Below, in pieces: positions 23,001-30,891 of a DNA stretch of 64,000 bases. Position 1 is the stretch's first letter; each line of letters starts with the position of its first letter. The position numbers were made by a program, and so were the translations under genes. The notes under the pieces are model-generated. The model was not told the origin of the DNA. It was given only the letters and a program-made list of their open reading frames with translations, and did no database searches. The stretch comes from Alphaproteobacteria bacterium (lineage in GTDB: Bacteria > Pseudomonadota > Alphaproteobacteria > CALKHQ01): the NCBI GenBank assembly GCA_965227515.1, contig CBDDFZ010000001.1, forward strand, positions 2,592,001 through 2,656,000, in the 5' to 3' direction.

Positions 23001-26000
23001 CTGACCGGGCTGGATACCGGCGGCGGCGATCCGGTCATCGACCTGTCGTTCGACGACGCGTTCTCCAACAACCCGTTCCCGACCTCGCTGGCGCACGGCT
23101 TCCTGGTCGGTGACGCCGGCATCGTCGGCGACGGTGTGGCGGGCGATTCGGTCGGCGGCGCCTTCGGCTCGCACGCCAACGGCAACGACGTCACCGGCGT
23201 CGAGGTCGATCCGTTCACCTTCGATGGCACCGGCGCGCTTGGCGGCCCGCCCAGCACCGGCATCGTGGTCGGGCTGACGGCCAGCGGCATCTCGCCGGCC
23301 AGCGTGGCCTACGACACCGTCATCGACGGCAACACTTTCCACGACCTCGACTTCGGCATCACCTCGAACAACTCCTCGGGCGAGACCCGCATCGTCAACA
23401 ACACGATGCATGACATCGCGGTCAACGCGGTCCGCTTCGAGGACGCGGTCGAAGGCGGCGAGTTCGTGCTGATCCGCAACAACGACATGGCGTCGGGCCA
23501 GCACGTGCTGCTGTTCCGCGACCTGATCACCGGCGCCGACACGCTGCTGCGCATTCGCGGCAACTGGCTGGTCAGCACCGGTGGCGGCACCCAGTCCGAC
23601 GGCATCGCTTTCGGGCAGGCGATCCAGGACGAGGCCGATGTGCGGATCGTGGAGAACCACGAGATCCGTGGCACCGAGGGCATCGACGTCGACCGTGTCG
23701 ACAACGCCAACCTGCGCATCAACCGCAACACCCTGATCGTCGGCGAGATCGAGGAAGGCATCGAGTTCGATGACCTGATCGCCAACGACGCGCGGGTCGC
23801 GGTGCGCGACAATGTCGACATCATCGGCGCCACCCATGGCATCGCTTTCGTCGACAACGGGGCCATCGACGGCGCCACCGTGAACATCAGCGGCAACAAC
23901 GACGGCATCCTGGGCCAGAACGGCAACGGCATCCTGTTCAACCGGGCGATCACCGACGGCCGGATCAATATCGGGGCCGGCAACATCATCGAAGGCATCA
24001 CCGGCAGCGGCGTGCGTTTCGCGGCGACGATCGCGGACTCGCGGATCGACATCTTCGAGAACACGTCCATCGTCGGCGACGCGAACGGCGTCGAGTTCAC
24101 CCAGACCTTCGGCGCCGGCAACGTGCTGAACATCCTGGCCAACACCCTGATCGAGGGCGACGGCAGCGCAGACGACAGCGACGCCATCGACTTCCGCAAC
24201 GCGGTGGGCGGCACGGTCAACATCGTCGGCAATGTGGAACTGGCCGGCAACGACGACGGCCTGCAGGTGATCCACGGCATTATCGGCGGGACCTTCCTGG
24301 TGCACGGCAACCAGAGCATCGTCGGCCGCGATGGCGAGGGCATCGCGATCCTGAGCAACGACGGCAATGTGCCGCCGGCGCCGACGGTGGCGATCAGCGG
24401 CGGGGCCGTGGTCACCATCGACGACAACATGATTGTGGGCAACGAGGAGACCGACCCGGTTCTGCAGAACCCGGGCGGCGGCGGTGACGGCGTGCTGGTG
24501 TCGGGCGACGTGGTGGGCGCGACCCTGAACGTCACCAACAACACGATTTTTGCCTTCAACGACGGCACCAACGTGTTCGGCGCGTTCGTCGATGCGCAAG
24601 CGTTCCTGGACGACAACACCATCCACGCCGGGCTTGGCGCCGATGGCAATGGCGACGGCATCCACGTCGAGGGCGCGGTGGACGACAGCCGCATCCAGGC
24701 CGTGCGCAACACCATCGAGGTCGGCCTGAACACCGTCGCCGGCGGCACGCTGCACGACGGCCTGTACTTCGGCGGCGACATCCTGGGGACCTCGCGGGTT
24801 ATCCTGCGCCGCAACGACATCATGGTGCTGACCGGCCCTGCCGGTGGCGCCACCTCGTTCGGCGACATGGGCATCCGCTTCGACGGCTTCATCGACACCA
24901 ATGGCGGCAACCTGGCCGACGTGCTGATCCGCAACAACGACATCCAGGCCGGCGGTGGCAAGGAAGACCGCGGCATCTCGTTCTGGAACGGCATCGGCGG
25001 GTCCTCGTTCGTGGAGATTTCCAGGAACGACATCGCGGCGGGCGACGACGGCGTCGGCGTGTTCGACACCATCGGCGGCAGCCAGCAACAGTCGGTGCGC
25101 GGCGATGCGCTGCTGCTGATTGCCGAGAACAACATCGGCACCGACACCCTGTCGGTCGGCAATGCCAGCCCGAACGACGGCAACGGCATCGACTTCCAGC
25201 GCGTCACCGGCGAGTCGCGGGTGGTGATCGACAGCAACTCGATCTTCGCCCGCTACAACGGCATCGAATTCGACAAGCTGGTCGACACCAGCTTTGCCGG
25301 GCCGGGCGCGGGCGTCGCGATCATTCGCAACAGCGATATCGTGTCCGACCGCGAGAACGCGATTGCGTTCGAAGCCGGCGTCGACGGTTCCTCGGTCAAC
25401 ATTGCCCGCAACGCGCTGATCCTGGGGGCGTTGAACGGCATCAAGTTCGGCGGTCCGGTCGATAACGGCGCACTGGTGCGCATCTGGAACAACCACCACA
25501 TCATCGGCGAGGACGAAAACGGCATCCTGTTCAATGGCATCGCCGGGTTCGACACCGATGTGTGGATTGGCCTGAACCACCTGATCCGGGGCTATGACAA
25601 CGGCATCTACTTCGCCCGTGACGTGATCGCGCCGGACGACGACAGCGATCTGGAGCAGTTGCTGGCGGGCTTCCTGCCGGAGGGCTGGGCCATCGATGGC
25701 GCGTCAGCCAATGTCGTCCTCAACCATCGCATCATCGGCGAGACCGAGAACGGCATCCTGGCCGAAGGCATTCGCGGCGATGCGAGCAACCCGGACGAGA
25801 ACCTGCTGGTCGCGCTCAACAAGCGGATTCGCGGCGAGGAGAACGGCATCTGGCTCGCCCACGGCGTCGACTACACCGCGACCGACGGCCCGCTTACGCT
25901 GTTCGGGAGCCTTTTCTCCTTCGCCCTCGATATGTGGGCGATCGACAATGGCCAGGTGGCGATCCTGAACAACCTGTCGATCCTCGGCGACACCGCCGAC

Positions 26001-28358
26001 GGCGTCCGGGTCGACGGCGTGCTCGACAGCGACGAGATCGACCGCACCGAACTGGCGATCAATGGCAATCTGGCCGTGATCGGCGCCGAGAACGGGGTCA
26101 ACCTGCGCCATGGCGTCAGCCTGGATGTGTTTGGCGAGTACGAATTCGGCCCCACCGATGCGATCACCTTGTCGGACGGGCCGGCTCTGTCCGCGCTGAC
26201 GCTGCCGGCCTCCTTCGAGCTGGAAGTCTTCGGTGTGGCGGCCGCGATCTACGGGGCCGAGGTGGAGATCGCCTACAACGCGCTGTTGCATGGTCATGAA
26301 GACAACGGTGTGGCGGTCCACGGCATCGTCGACATGCCGACCTTCCCGGAAGAGAGCACGGAGCCGGAGAGCACGGATAGCGAGGCCCTGTCCGAACTGA
26401 CTTTGGCATCGCTCGGGTCGTTCGAATCGTTGGACTATGGCACCGACTGGAACCTCGACCTGCACGACAATCTGGTGGTGGTCGGCGGCACCAACGGCGC
26501 CATGATCGACCATGGCTACCGGCTGTTCTTGCAGGCCGAAGGCGGCGCCTTCGCGGCGACCGTGACCGAGCTGGCATCGTTCGAAAGCCTGGGCAGCGAC
26601 ATCTATTTCCAGGCTTGGCTGGACGCTTGGGCGATCTACGGCGGCCATGCCCGCATCGCCGACAACTGGGCGCTGTATGGCCAGTATGGCGACGGCGTGC
26701 GGGTGAACGGTGTCCGCAGCGAAGGTGTGGTCGCTGAATCGGCGAGCGGCGAAGCGCCCGAGGTCGATCCGGTCAGCACAAGTCCCGATTGGGCGAACCT
26801 GCTGATCGAGGACAACACCACCGTGGTCGGCGCGCGCGACGGCATCCATCTCGGCAACGGCCACGTGGTCCACTACGAGAACATGCCCGCGTTCGAAGTG
26901 GTCGACCTGACGGCCCGTGGCCTGTCCAGCGACAGCTTCGGGCTGGTGGACATCAGCGAGTTCGGCGTGTCGGGCAGCGTGTTCGGTGGCCTGGTGGTGA
27001 TCGACAGCAATGGCGATGCCCGCTACCAGAACGACCCCAACGATCCCGGCGACGACCCGGACGTCGACGATCCCTACGATCCGGCGATCCCGGTCATCCT
27101 GTCCGACCTGGACTTCGGCCGGGGGCTGATGGACATGCGCGGCCGCGTGGCCGGCATCCACGACGACGGCATCGACGTTGCCGGCAGCATCGACTACAGC
27201 GCCACGGTCCAGATCCAGCGCAACATGATCACCGGCAGTGGCGACAACGGTGTCGAGTTCGGCAACATCGGCGGCCCGGCGCTTGCCGACGACGTCGACC
27301 CCGATGCTGGCGAGCTGGTCGGCATCTTCGACTACGGGCCCAGCAACGTCTTCGTGCACAACAACTTCATCGTCGACAACGGCCAGCGGCTGCTGGAGGA
27401 GACGCCGGAGGAAGAGGAGACCGAGCTGGAGGTCACGGCCGTCAGCTTCCCCTCGCTGGAGGTTTCCAGCCGCCTGACCGGGGCCGGCATCCTGTTCGAG
27501 GAAGGCGTCGGTAATGATGGCCTGGCCGAGGTCTACCAGAACTACATCGCCGGCAATGGCGGTCCCGGCGTACAGATCGGCTTCGACTCCTCGGGCACGC
27601 CGACGACGGCGACGCTGGTCTTCGAAAGCGACGACGATTTCGAGCCCGACTTCAACACCGGGCCGGTCGCGGCCGACAATTTGCGCATCGTGCACAACTA
27701 CCTGCCGGGCTTCGAGGACGAGGGCGTCGATCCCGACGATCCGGGCGACGACCGGCCGAACGGCAGCTTCGCCATCGACAACAACTCCACGGTCGGCGGT
27801 CTGCTGTTCGCGGAGGAGAACTGGCTCGGCTCGGCCGACCCTGGCGTGGTGCCGAGCTTCATCGACGGTGCGGTCGACTTCTTCCCGTTCCTGGAGACCG
27901 GCGAGGACTCCAACGAAGAGCGCGCGCCCGGCCTGACCGGACTGTCGCCCTTCGCCTTCCAGCCCGGCGAGATCGTCGTGCTGGCCACCGAAGATGTGAT
28001 CGACCTGGACTTCCTGGCGGTGGCGCTGCTGCTGTTTATCGCCGGCCAGACCGATCCGGACCTAGTGCCGGGCGACGAACTCTCCGGCCGCTCGCAAAAC
28101 GACGCCACCAACGCGTTCGACGACGAGTTCGCCGATCCATATCCGCTGGGTCTGGAAACGGACCTCGCCGCCCTGGCGCCGGCGGCCGGCCAGGCCTGTG
28201 CCCTGGACAACTCCAGCGGAACCGTGGCCATCGTCTGCGGGGCGGGTGGAGAGACCGATCTCGCCGATCTGGCGCCGGCTGCCGGCAGCGGCACGCCGCT
28301 CGCCGACCCGTCGCAGGTGTTCCAGGGTTACGACAACTTCTGGGCGCCGTTCCAGTAG
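14070..28358 (+). CDS. Giant filamentous haemagglutinin-like TpsA exoprotein/adhesin (4762 aa), TPS domain plus multiple parallel beta-helix modules
   Basis: Long signal peptide ending SIALA/LPQDG; TPS motifs IIEWSSFDV, LNRV, NPAGIHFG; Asn/Gly/Asp-rich beta-helix repeats with SIQxAI/VD caps; C-terminal Cys pair. Confidence 0.9.
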   Translation: MAFDLPRAHGVRAYRHTLNSNQMSLQGRDAEQVLRRTYRTTTALSAAAAVAATTLAPSIALALPQDGTVVEGQAEIIYGSNSVEIVQGSDRVIIEWSSFDVGVDESVNFVQPSQLASALNRVLSGQSSAILGSLTGNGQITIVNPAGIHFGATANVDVAAITATTIDIINANFMANNLAFDQFNDDFANATVTNDGSITVQDSGLAALVAPGVANNGIIAARTGAVVLASGTAFTVDPYGDGLIQFAVNAPTMEAPEGMDALVSNSGEIYADGGTVILTAEAVSGIVDNVVNMDGVIQAQTIEGRNGQIALVGGSGAGAVNVAGTLDASGNDAGEAGGTVHVLGDQVALNVGANVDVSGAAGGGEALIGGAARGGAQAAGAALQYQETAQGLNIISDTAFETDGYTPTSDVALVMDGADLDARATVDGDGGQVIVWGTDEAYFHGAVDASGAGNGDGGFVEISGAYVYADGSALAGGPGGTVLIDPDDACIAAVIASCAFTSPVGVSFFTTAFVAAQLAVGNFVLSTTGGGAGDGDIEIGDDLNVTPAAGATLSLTANDDIWVDGDIIASGANGLNLDFVLTSGAGGIPKSAAIFLPGTVTDLNGGDATFTGTPFADSLLRVEGSITAGSLAANVEEVRLQQDINVARENLSGTATLVEVQSDSASIQDAIDLVSGSTINVAAGTYNEALIVDEHVTIIGAGSGDNPLVDTIVDGTGLGDVAALVAISASGVSDADRLELMNLRVQNAEHTNLGTNAGTGIKMVAGGTDFITFDNVVSTGHAGHGFAYDANSLSTGVELIDVTSSNNAGYGFRVPTSLAGLTDFSILGGEFADNGGAGFGANPSGFDSAANIRPFTNVLIDGTAFAGNNTSGIGGLGDIVILGVDGDVTIQNVTIDSDTFPASRGLWFDFHGDATLNMDNVAFSGVPSSWGMIITNFDGADALNMNDVSFDTVVQTAGRADFTVWGAASTGPVDLGNTAFLTDPGSGPASDQWIGLVSGATSNVDASDAVFNGVVGSAHTRDAMPSGFFLEDRVTHALDDGSLGLVTWVADNVFVTQASGSIQRGVDAASAGWTVNVDDGTFVENVLIDKSLDLLGANAGTDPNTAARDPETEIDGVVRVDAGVSGVAIDGFTIIDGAPVLGEFGGVYVNNNAADVTIANNIFARSGGFGTARAILFSGAAPGVSNIDILNNSFSGWATGVYVNPNADDVLISGNVFDGNNVGVSNDGPNSPGGVTIDGNTFANSAFEALGLGGPGTRTITNNVFENNPVHIGTYGAAGLPDVATLQADGNTFDRHVTSDLDDAGSARDAATSIYGEIQLAIDESAAGATVTASDGTFVENVVIDKALMLLSENGRDFTTIEGISGVGALGTVLLPGGVDDVQIGDIDQGFTIVGIDNGAPGIETAAVYLQGNHNNFDLIGNDVVAMGDAGLLGESAGALTNALIDNNIFSGQTFEGPEPADNGFSNQFSTPNVPRQLVTLGEGNSGPFVSNNIAFTNNQVTGTAGGSNGGGEQGNTLVTIDADMVTVSGNTFSGFTARFASQLRTRGPNTDIVNNTFIVPAGVATAGLFVSGVDSTVIANTFTGGTIGISTNPKGAIAIENNVFDGQTGAALNVGADAAFLTVFNNSFEPAGGAFAVFNSSAEIVNASGNWWGTNDETLVAAMMSGDVDFTPFLDVADDTDVADGFQGDFTTLHATVLGAQTDAATYGRIQEAIDLVTASTVILGAGTFIDPAQVVIDKDVTIIGQGSGTGPGDSIVNPGFDTGSGGNARGWWLILDDVEVDLSDFRMDGNGQLVWQAIRHLGRGSIDNLAFNNIQFNASGPSYQGTAVAVFGATDANVDITNSTFDQIGRIGVLYFGSAVTGTFANNVYTGKGDGDHLDYALDISAGATINVFNNTVTENRGVASSDGSISAAFLVSTFFAGGTSAVFGGNTMTGNTVGIAVGFDDADTSTVQFLNAGDSVDSHIMAGANTFMDSGNEDETGIFFSGNSQTIVGDTFADAVFNGYGDLDDLYIQLRNQALSDPANVRVLDATDVTFTGASATEIEDRVEHYLDDPTKDLIFFGPTITVADSIQLAVNAAEQARSDGFVVDEIMVGPGTYGGRVEIWVDDLKITGDDAIIDLDMEDPFSNNPSPDALPNHGFLIGDAGVVGDGVSGDGVTGSYANGLDVSGVEIDPFTFTNSNDGSGTGIIVGLSAGPSVASNTVIDGNSFEDIEVGIAFNNVAGTTTISNNTILADLIGLTFEGTLGGGAIVDILDNTIGADGDEVLNGILFQRIDTAEVTISGGSIDSGAGAGPILGDAINFQRGLHSGADVEISGVTAVSDGDEPVDFHQAIRAGATATISGGSYTGGNNGVEFSGAIAGTAIIENATIVGQGADKRGVNLLGSITGLLDISGSTITGGDDGIGSNDSAANTVVGGTVRLTDNTITGISGHGVSFDAISDGADLEFLGNTVAAALNGLSFNGAVTGSLINIGNNNNSGRNIITADNSGIVFAGSILDSADGNGIRIRRNTVTAGPSAGDRGIEFRDGIEDSFVRVSNNRIGAGDDGVAFYDLNGGANGSGVRAIAGTSDVALSGNRIGTAGDPVGAEGLDFDEIIDTATVVVRENVVFADGDGMQFDRVINTTGSTNAAPAGGAPTYTGGVVIVGNEINAAGHGALFDTTIDGTDIAFGDNDFGSDADPVGGDGVQFKTIAGDALISFERTHIEADGDGVSVVGGILDTATLAFDAPRDPAGGPDGRDNDIDAGGIAVNVVNLQSPGTLVFSGGVYSGAAGSVLVDNTGVASAAVGRVVFENDPTFNADPGVDVAAFVTEAGGPGIEIDFSGASGATFNGGENGIVFDGPGIDIAGDSLGDIAVNGQADQYLVLRNGAEFAPGMPNLIDIQDVAFDGDEPGDLSPAGLVALESKLAHFLDTNEDGLFYYGPTYAVADGGSIQLAVNAAEHARFLLNDLNAVDTVLVGSGTYGGRVELWVDDLKLTGLDTGGGDPVIDLSFDDAFSNNPFPTSLAHGFLVGDAGIVGDGVAGDSVGGAFGSHANGNDVTGVEVDPFTFDGTGALGGPPSTGIVVGLTASGISPASVAYDTVIDGNTFHDLDFGITSNNSSGETRIVNNTMHDIAVNAVRFEDAVEGGEFVLIRNNDMASGQHVLLFRDLITGADTLLRIRGNWLVSTGGGTQSDGIAFGQAIQDEADVRIVENHEIRGTEGIDVDRVDNANLRINRNTLIVGEIEEGIEFDDLIANDARVAVRDNVDIIGATHGIAFVDNGAIDGATVNISGNNDGILGQNGNGILFNRAITDGRINIGAGNIIEGITGSGVRFAATIADSRIDIFENTSIVGDANGVEFTQTFGAGNVLNILANTLIEGDGSADDSDAIDFRNAVGGTVNIVGNVELAGNDDGLQVIHGIIGGTFLVHGNQSIVGRDGEGIAILSNDGNVPPAPTVAISGGAVVTIDDNMIVGNEETDPVLQNPGGGGDGVLVSGDVVGATLNVTNNTIFAFNDGTNVFGAFVDAQAFLDDNTIHAGLGADGNGDGIHVEGAVDDSRIQAVRNTIEVGLNTVAGGTLHDGLYFGGDILGTSRVILRRNDIMVLTGPAGGATSFGDMGIRFDGFIDTNGGNLADVLIRNNDIQAGGGKEDRGISFWNGIGGSSFVEISRNDIAAGDDGVGVFDTIGGSQQQSVRGDALLLIAENNIGTDTLSVGNASPNDGNGIDFQRVTGESRVVIDSNSIFARYNGIEFDKLVDTSFAGPGAGVAIIRNSDIVSDRENAIAFEAGVDGSSVNIARNALILGALNGIKFGGPVDNGALVRIWNNHHIIGEDENGILFNGIAGFDTDVWIGLNHLIRGYDNGIYFARDVIAPDDDSDLEQLLAGFLPEGWAIDGASANVVLNHRIIGETENGILAEGIRGDASNPDENLLVALNKRIRGEENGIWLAHGVDYTATDGPLTLFGSLFSFALDMWAIDNGQVAILNNLSILGDTADGVRVDGVLDSDEIDRTELAINGNLAVIGAENGVNLRHGVSLDVFGEYEFGPTDAITLSDGPALSALTLPASFELEVFGVAAAIYGAEVEIAYNALLHGHEDNGVAVHGIVDMPTFPEESTEPESTDSEALSELTLASLGSFESLDYGTDWNLDLHDNLVVVGGTNGAMIDHGYRLFLQAEGGAFAATVTELASFESLGSDIYFQAWLDAWAIYGGHARIADNWALYGQYGDGVRVNGVRSEGVVAESASGEAPEVDPVSTSPDWANLLIEDNTTVVGARDGIHLGNGHVVHYENMPAFEVVDLTARGLSSDSFGLVDISEFGVSGSVFGGLVVIDSNGDARYQNDPNDPGDDPDVDDPYDPAIPVILSDLDFGRGLMDMRGRVAGIHDDGIDVAGSIDYSATVQIQRNMITGSGDNGVEFGNIGGPALADDVDPDAGELVGIFDYGPSNVFVHNNFIVDNGQRLLEETPEEEETELEVTAVSFPSLEVSSRLTGAGILFEEGVGNDGLAEVYQNYIAGNGGPGVQIGFDSSGTPTTATLVFESDDDFEPDFNTGPVAADNLRIVHNYLPGFEDEGVDPDDPGDDRPNGSFAIDNNSTVGGLLFAEENWLGSADPGVVPSFIDGAVDFFPFLETGEDSNEERAPGLTGLSPFAFQPGEIVVLATEDVIDLDFLAVALLLFIAGQTDPDLVPGDELSGRSQNDATNAFDDEFADPYPLGLETDLAALAPAAGQACALDNSSGTVAIVCGAGGETDLADLAPAAGSGTPLADPSQVFQGYDNFWAPFQ
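14140..15302 (+). repeat. Near-identical duplicated block (copy 1), shared with 30962..32124
   Basis: Constant offset of 16822 bp; mostly synonymous differences. Confidence 0.92.
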
Positions 28359-28383
28359 GCCACGGCTTGCGTTACGAATTCAG

Positions 28384-28420
28384 CGGCCCGGGTGGTTCTC
28401 CATCCGGGCCGTTTCCTTTT
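28384..28420 (+). terminator. Rho-independent terminator of TpsA-1
   Basis: cggcccgggtgg-ttct-ccatccgggccg followed by tttcctttt. Confidence 0.8.
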
Positions 28421-28426
28421 GTTGGA

Positions 28427-29206
28427 TTAGTCGCCGCCGCAGCCGCCACCGCCGCCGCAACCGGAACTGCAGCCGCTGGAGCATCCGCTGGTGCCGCAAC
28501 CGCCTGCGCCGCCGTCACGCCCGCGACGGCCCTTGCCGGACTGGCGGCGTGACATCTGCACCATGGCAATGACGAACAAGACGAGGCCGCCAAGCGCAAT
28601 CCATTCGCCTTCGCTGACGTCCTCCAGCCCGGCAAGCGCCAGCGACGAGCCGCCGATTACCAGGGCCAGCGCCGCCAGGGCGACCGTCACGGTCCGGCCC
28701 CCGGCGGCCTTCAGGCCGTCGACCCACCGCGGTCGCGGAATCACCCAGGCGCGGGAAACGTTGATGCGCTTGAACTGGACGGCCTCGATGAACCGCGTGT
28801 CGGTGTCGGGCCAGATATCGGCGGGCGGCGCGGTGCCGAACTCCGCCGCGTAGAGCGCGCGGGTGTCATCGTAGCAGCCGCGATACATCGGCTCCTCCGA
28901 TATGCCCCGGGTCGGCCCGTGATGCAGCGGGCGCCCCAGGACTTCGGCGCAGAGCCGGTCCCAGTAGTCGCGGGTATAGGTCATGTGCAGGTGCCACGCC
29001 TGGTCGACCTCGTCCGACGGTGTCAGGGTCGAGCGCGAGACCTGGGTCAGGTAGACGAAGCGCTTGTACTCGGCAACCACGCGGGCGGCGAACGCGCGGC
29101 TCCAGCCGTTGTCGCGGGCCAGCCGGGCGCTGAACGGAAATTCGGCCACCGGATCGTCGACATCGAATGCGTCGACGCGAGACCAGAGCTGAGGATCGGA
29201 TCGCAT
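28427..29206 (-). CDS. Glycine-rich-domain (GRDP/TIGR04222-like) membrane protein with Cys/Gly tail
   Basis: RLARDNGWS, EYKRFVYL, PSDEVDQAWHLHMTYTRDYW motifs; two TM segments; tail GCGTSGCSSGCSSGCGGGGGCGGD. Confidence 0.8.
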   Translation of the reverse strand: MRSDPQLWSRVDAFDVDDPVAEFPFSARLARDNGWSRAFAARVVAEYKRFVYLTQVSRSTLTPSDEVDQAWHLHMTYTRDYWDRLCAEVLGRPLHHGPTRGISEEPMYRGCYDDTRALYAAEFGTAPPADIWPDTDTRFIEAVQFKRINVSRAWVIPRPRWVDGLKAAGGRTVTVALAALALVIGGSSLALAGLEDVSEGEWIALGGLVLFVIAMVQMSRRQSGKGRRGRDGGAGGCGTSGCSSGCSSGCGGGGGCGGD

Positions 29207-29265
29207 GGAACCTCCCGTGATGCCGCCAAGGCCACGTTACCTGGGACGCTTTTCAGTTGATCCGC

Positions 29266-29338
29266 GCCAGCCCTCGCTCCCACCGGGCCACCCAATCACG
29301 ATGCTGTCGTGGGTGGCCGGGTGGGGGTGAGGGCCGGT
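29266..29338. repeat. REP-like palindrome (same family as 43277..43346)
   Basis: gccagccctcgctcccaccgggccaccca...tgggtggccgggtgggggtgagggccgg. Confidence 0.7.
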
Positions 29339-29402
29339 GCCGACTTAGCGCAAGCGAAAAACGATCCGGGCTAACGATAGTCGTATTGGGTTGACGGAAG
29401 GT

Positions 29403-30446
29403 TCAGGACGCCCGGGAACCGGCGGTTTCCGCGGGCTGCTGCGATCTCAGGAACTTGTCGCGCAAGTGCGGTCCGGCCTGGACCGGCGGGTATTTTGCAC
29501 CCTCCGCGCCACGGCAGGTCGGCACGCACGTGATCTCCGCATCCCAGTTCGGGGTGTGGAAGAAGGCCAGTGACAGGCGCGGGGCCGGGTCGCCGTCTTG
29601 TGCCGTTGGCGCGACAACCCGGTGCATGGTCGAGACCCAGCGATCGTTGGTCCAACGCTCCATCATGTCGCCCAGATTGATGATGAACCCGCCGGGCACC
29701 GGGGGCACGTCGTGCCAGTCGCCGGCACGGTCGCGCACTTGCAGCCCCGTCGTGCCGGGCTGTGGCAGCAGGATTGTCAGGCTGCCATAGTCGGTGTGCG
29801 CGCCGGCGCGCAGTTGGCCGGGCAGGGGTGGCGCGGTGGCCGCGGGGTAGTGATTGGCGCGCATCGCACTGATGTGGCGGTCGATCTTGTCGTCGAAGTG
29901 GTCGGGTGCCAGGTCCAGCGCGACCGCGAACAGCCGCATCAGGCGCGCGGCCAGGCCGGCCATCTCGGCGTAGTAGGCGTGCCAGGCGGCTCGCATTTCC
30001 GGCAGCGCCGGCGGCCAGATATTGCCGGCATGGACGAATGCCAGTTCCGCCGGGTCGATGCGGTCGGTCGGCGTCGTGGGCGGGCCCATGGAGAAGCTCT
30101 CCTTCAGGTCCGGCGGGGCCGCATCGCCACGCGAGCGCGCCAGCGCCTCGCCGGCAAACGGATGGAATCCGTACGGATGGCCGGCCACATTGGGCACGCA
30201 GGCCCGTTTCGCGTTCTCTGGCAACAGGAACAGCGCGCGGGTGGTTTCCCAGACCCGGTCGATTGCCGGCCGGGCCACGCCATGATTCACCACCGCAAAG
30301 AAGCCGATGCTGCGGCAGGCTTCGTCGATGGCAGCGGCCACCGTTGTTGGCGCCGCGCTATCGGTGACCTTTGCCAGATCGATGGTCGGTACGAGTCTTG
30401 GACTGTCTACTCTGGGGCTCTCCATGCTCTCAACTGTCGCGCGCAC
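29403..30446 (-). CDS. Isopenicillin N synthase-family 2OG-Fe(II) oxygenase
   Basis: ACRSIGFFAVVNHGV, HTDYGSLTIL, NLGDMMERWTND, HRV, RLSLAFF; start may be 30425. Confidence 0.9.
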   Translation of the reverse strand: MRATVESMESPRVDSPRLVPTIDLAKVTDSAAPTTVAAAIDEACRSIGFFAVVNHGVARPAIDRVWETTRALFLLPENAKRACVPNVAGHPYGFHPFAGEALARSRGDAAPPDLKESFSMGPPTTPTDRIDPAELAFVHAGNIWPPALPEMRAAWHAYYAEMAGLAARLMRLFAVALDLAPDHFDDKIDRHISAMRANHYPAATAPPLPGQLRAGAHTDYGSLTILLPQPGTTGLQVRDRAGDWHDVPPVPGGFIINLGDMMERWTNDRWVSTMHRVVAPTAQDGDPAPRLSLAFFHTPNWDAEITCVPTCRGAEGAKYPPVQAGPHLRDKFLRSQQPAETAGSRAS

Positions 30447-30793
30447 CTCCTTGTGATGACAAGCCGCTCGCGCGGGTTGCCGTTGTTGAGCGAGGCTGAT
30501 TTGTGCGAATACCGCCCAAGTGTGCGCAAGTCGGGAGAAAGGCCCTGCGACAAACTATTCATTGGTTGCCCGTAAGCGCTGCGATCAGGTCGCGGCGTGC
30601 CGTACCGGTGAATTGTTTGCAACAGCATTGCAATAGTATTGGTGCTTGTGGAGCTAATCGTTTTGAGTACATCTTATGACAACTTCGTAATTTCGTAGAT
30701 CGCGAATGTTAACCAACCTTTTCTTGACGCGATCAACTTCAATTCACCTTTCGGATTAGTCCAAATTTTTGAAGCTGCCTGCTTGTGTATGAG

Positions 30794-30808
30794 TTAAAAA
30801 TCCGTTAA
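30794..30808. promoter_or_regulatory. Perfect CtrA box upstream of TpsA-2
   Basis: TTAA-aaatccg-TTAA. Confidence 0.6.
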
Positions 30809-30891
30809 GAACCAGAAAGGTTCGTGGTGAGAGGGACGGTACCACGTAGCTCTATCCGACTAACAGGTGCGTAAGTTCGGGGGATTTTGCG

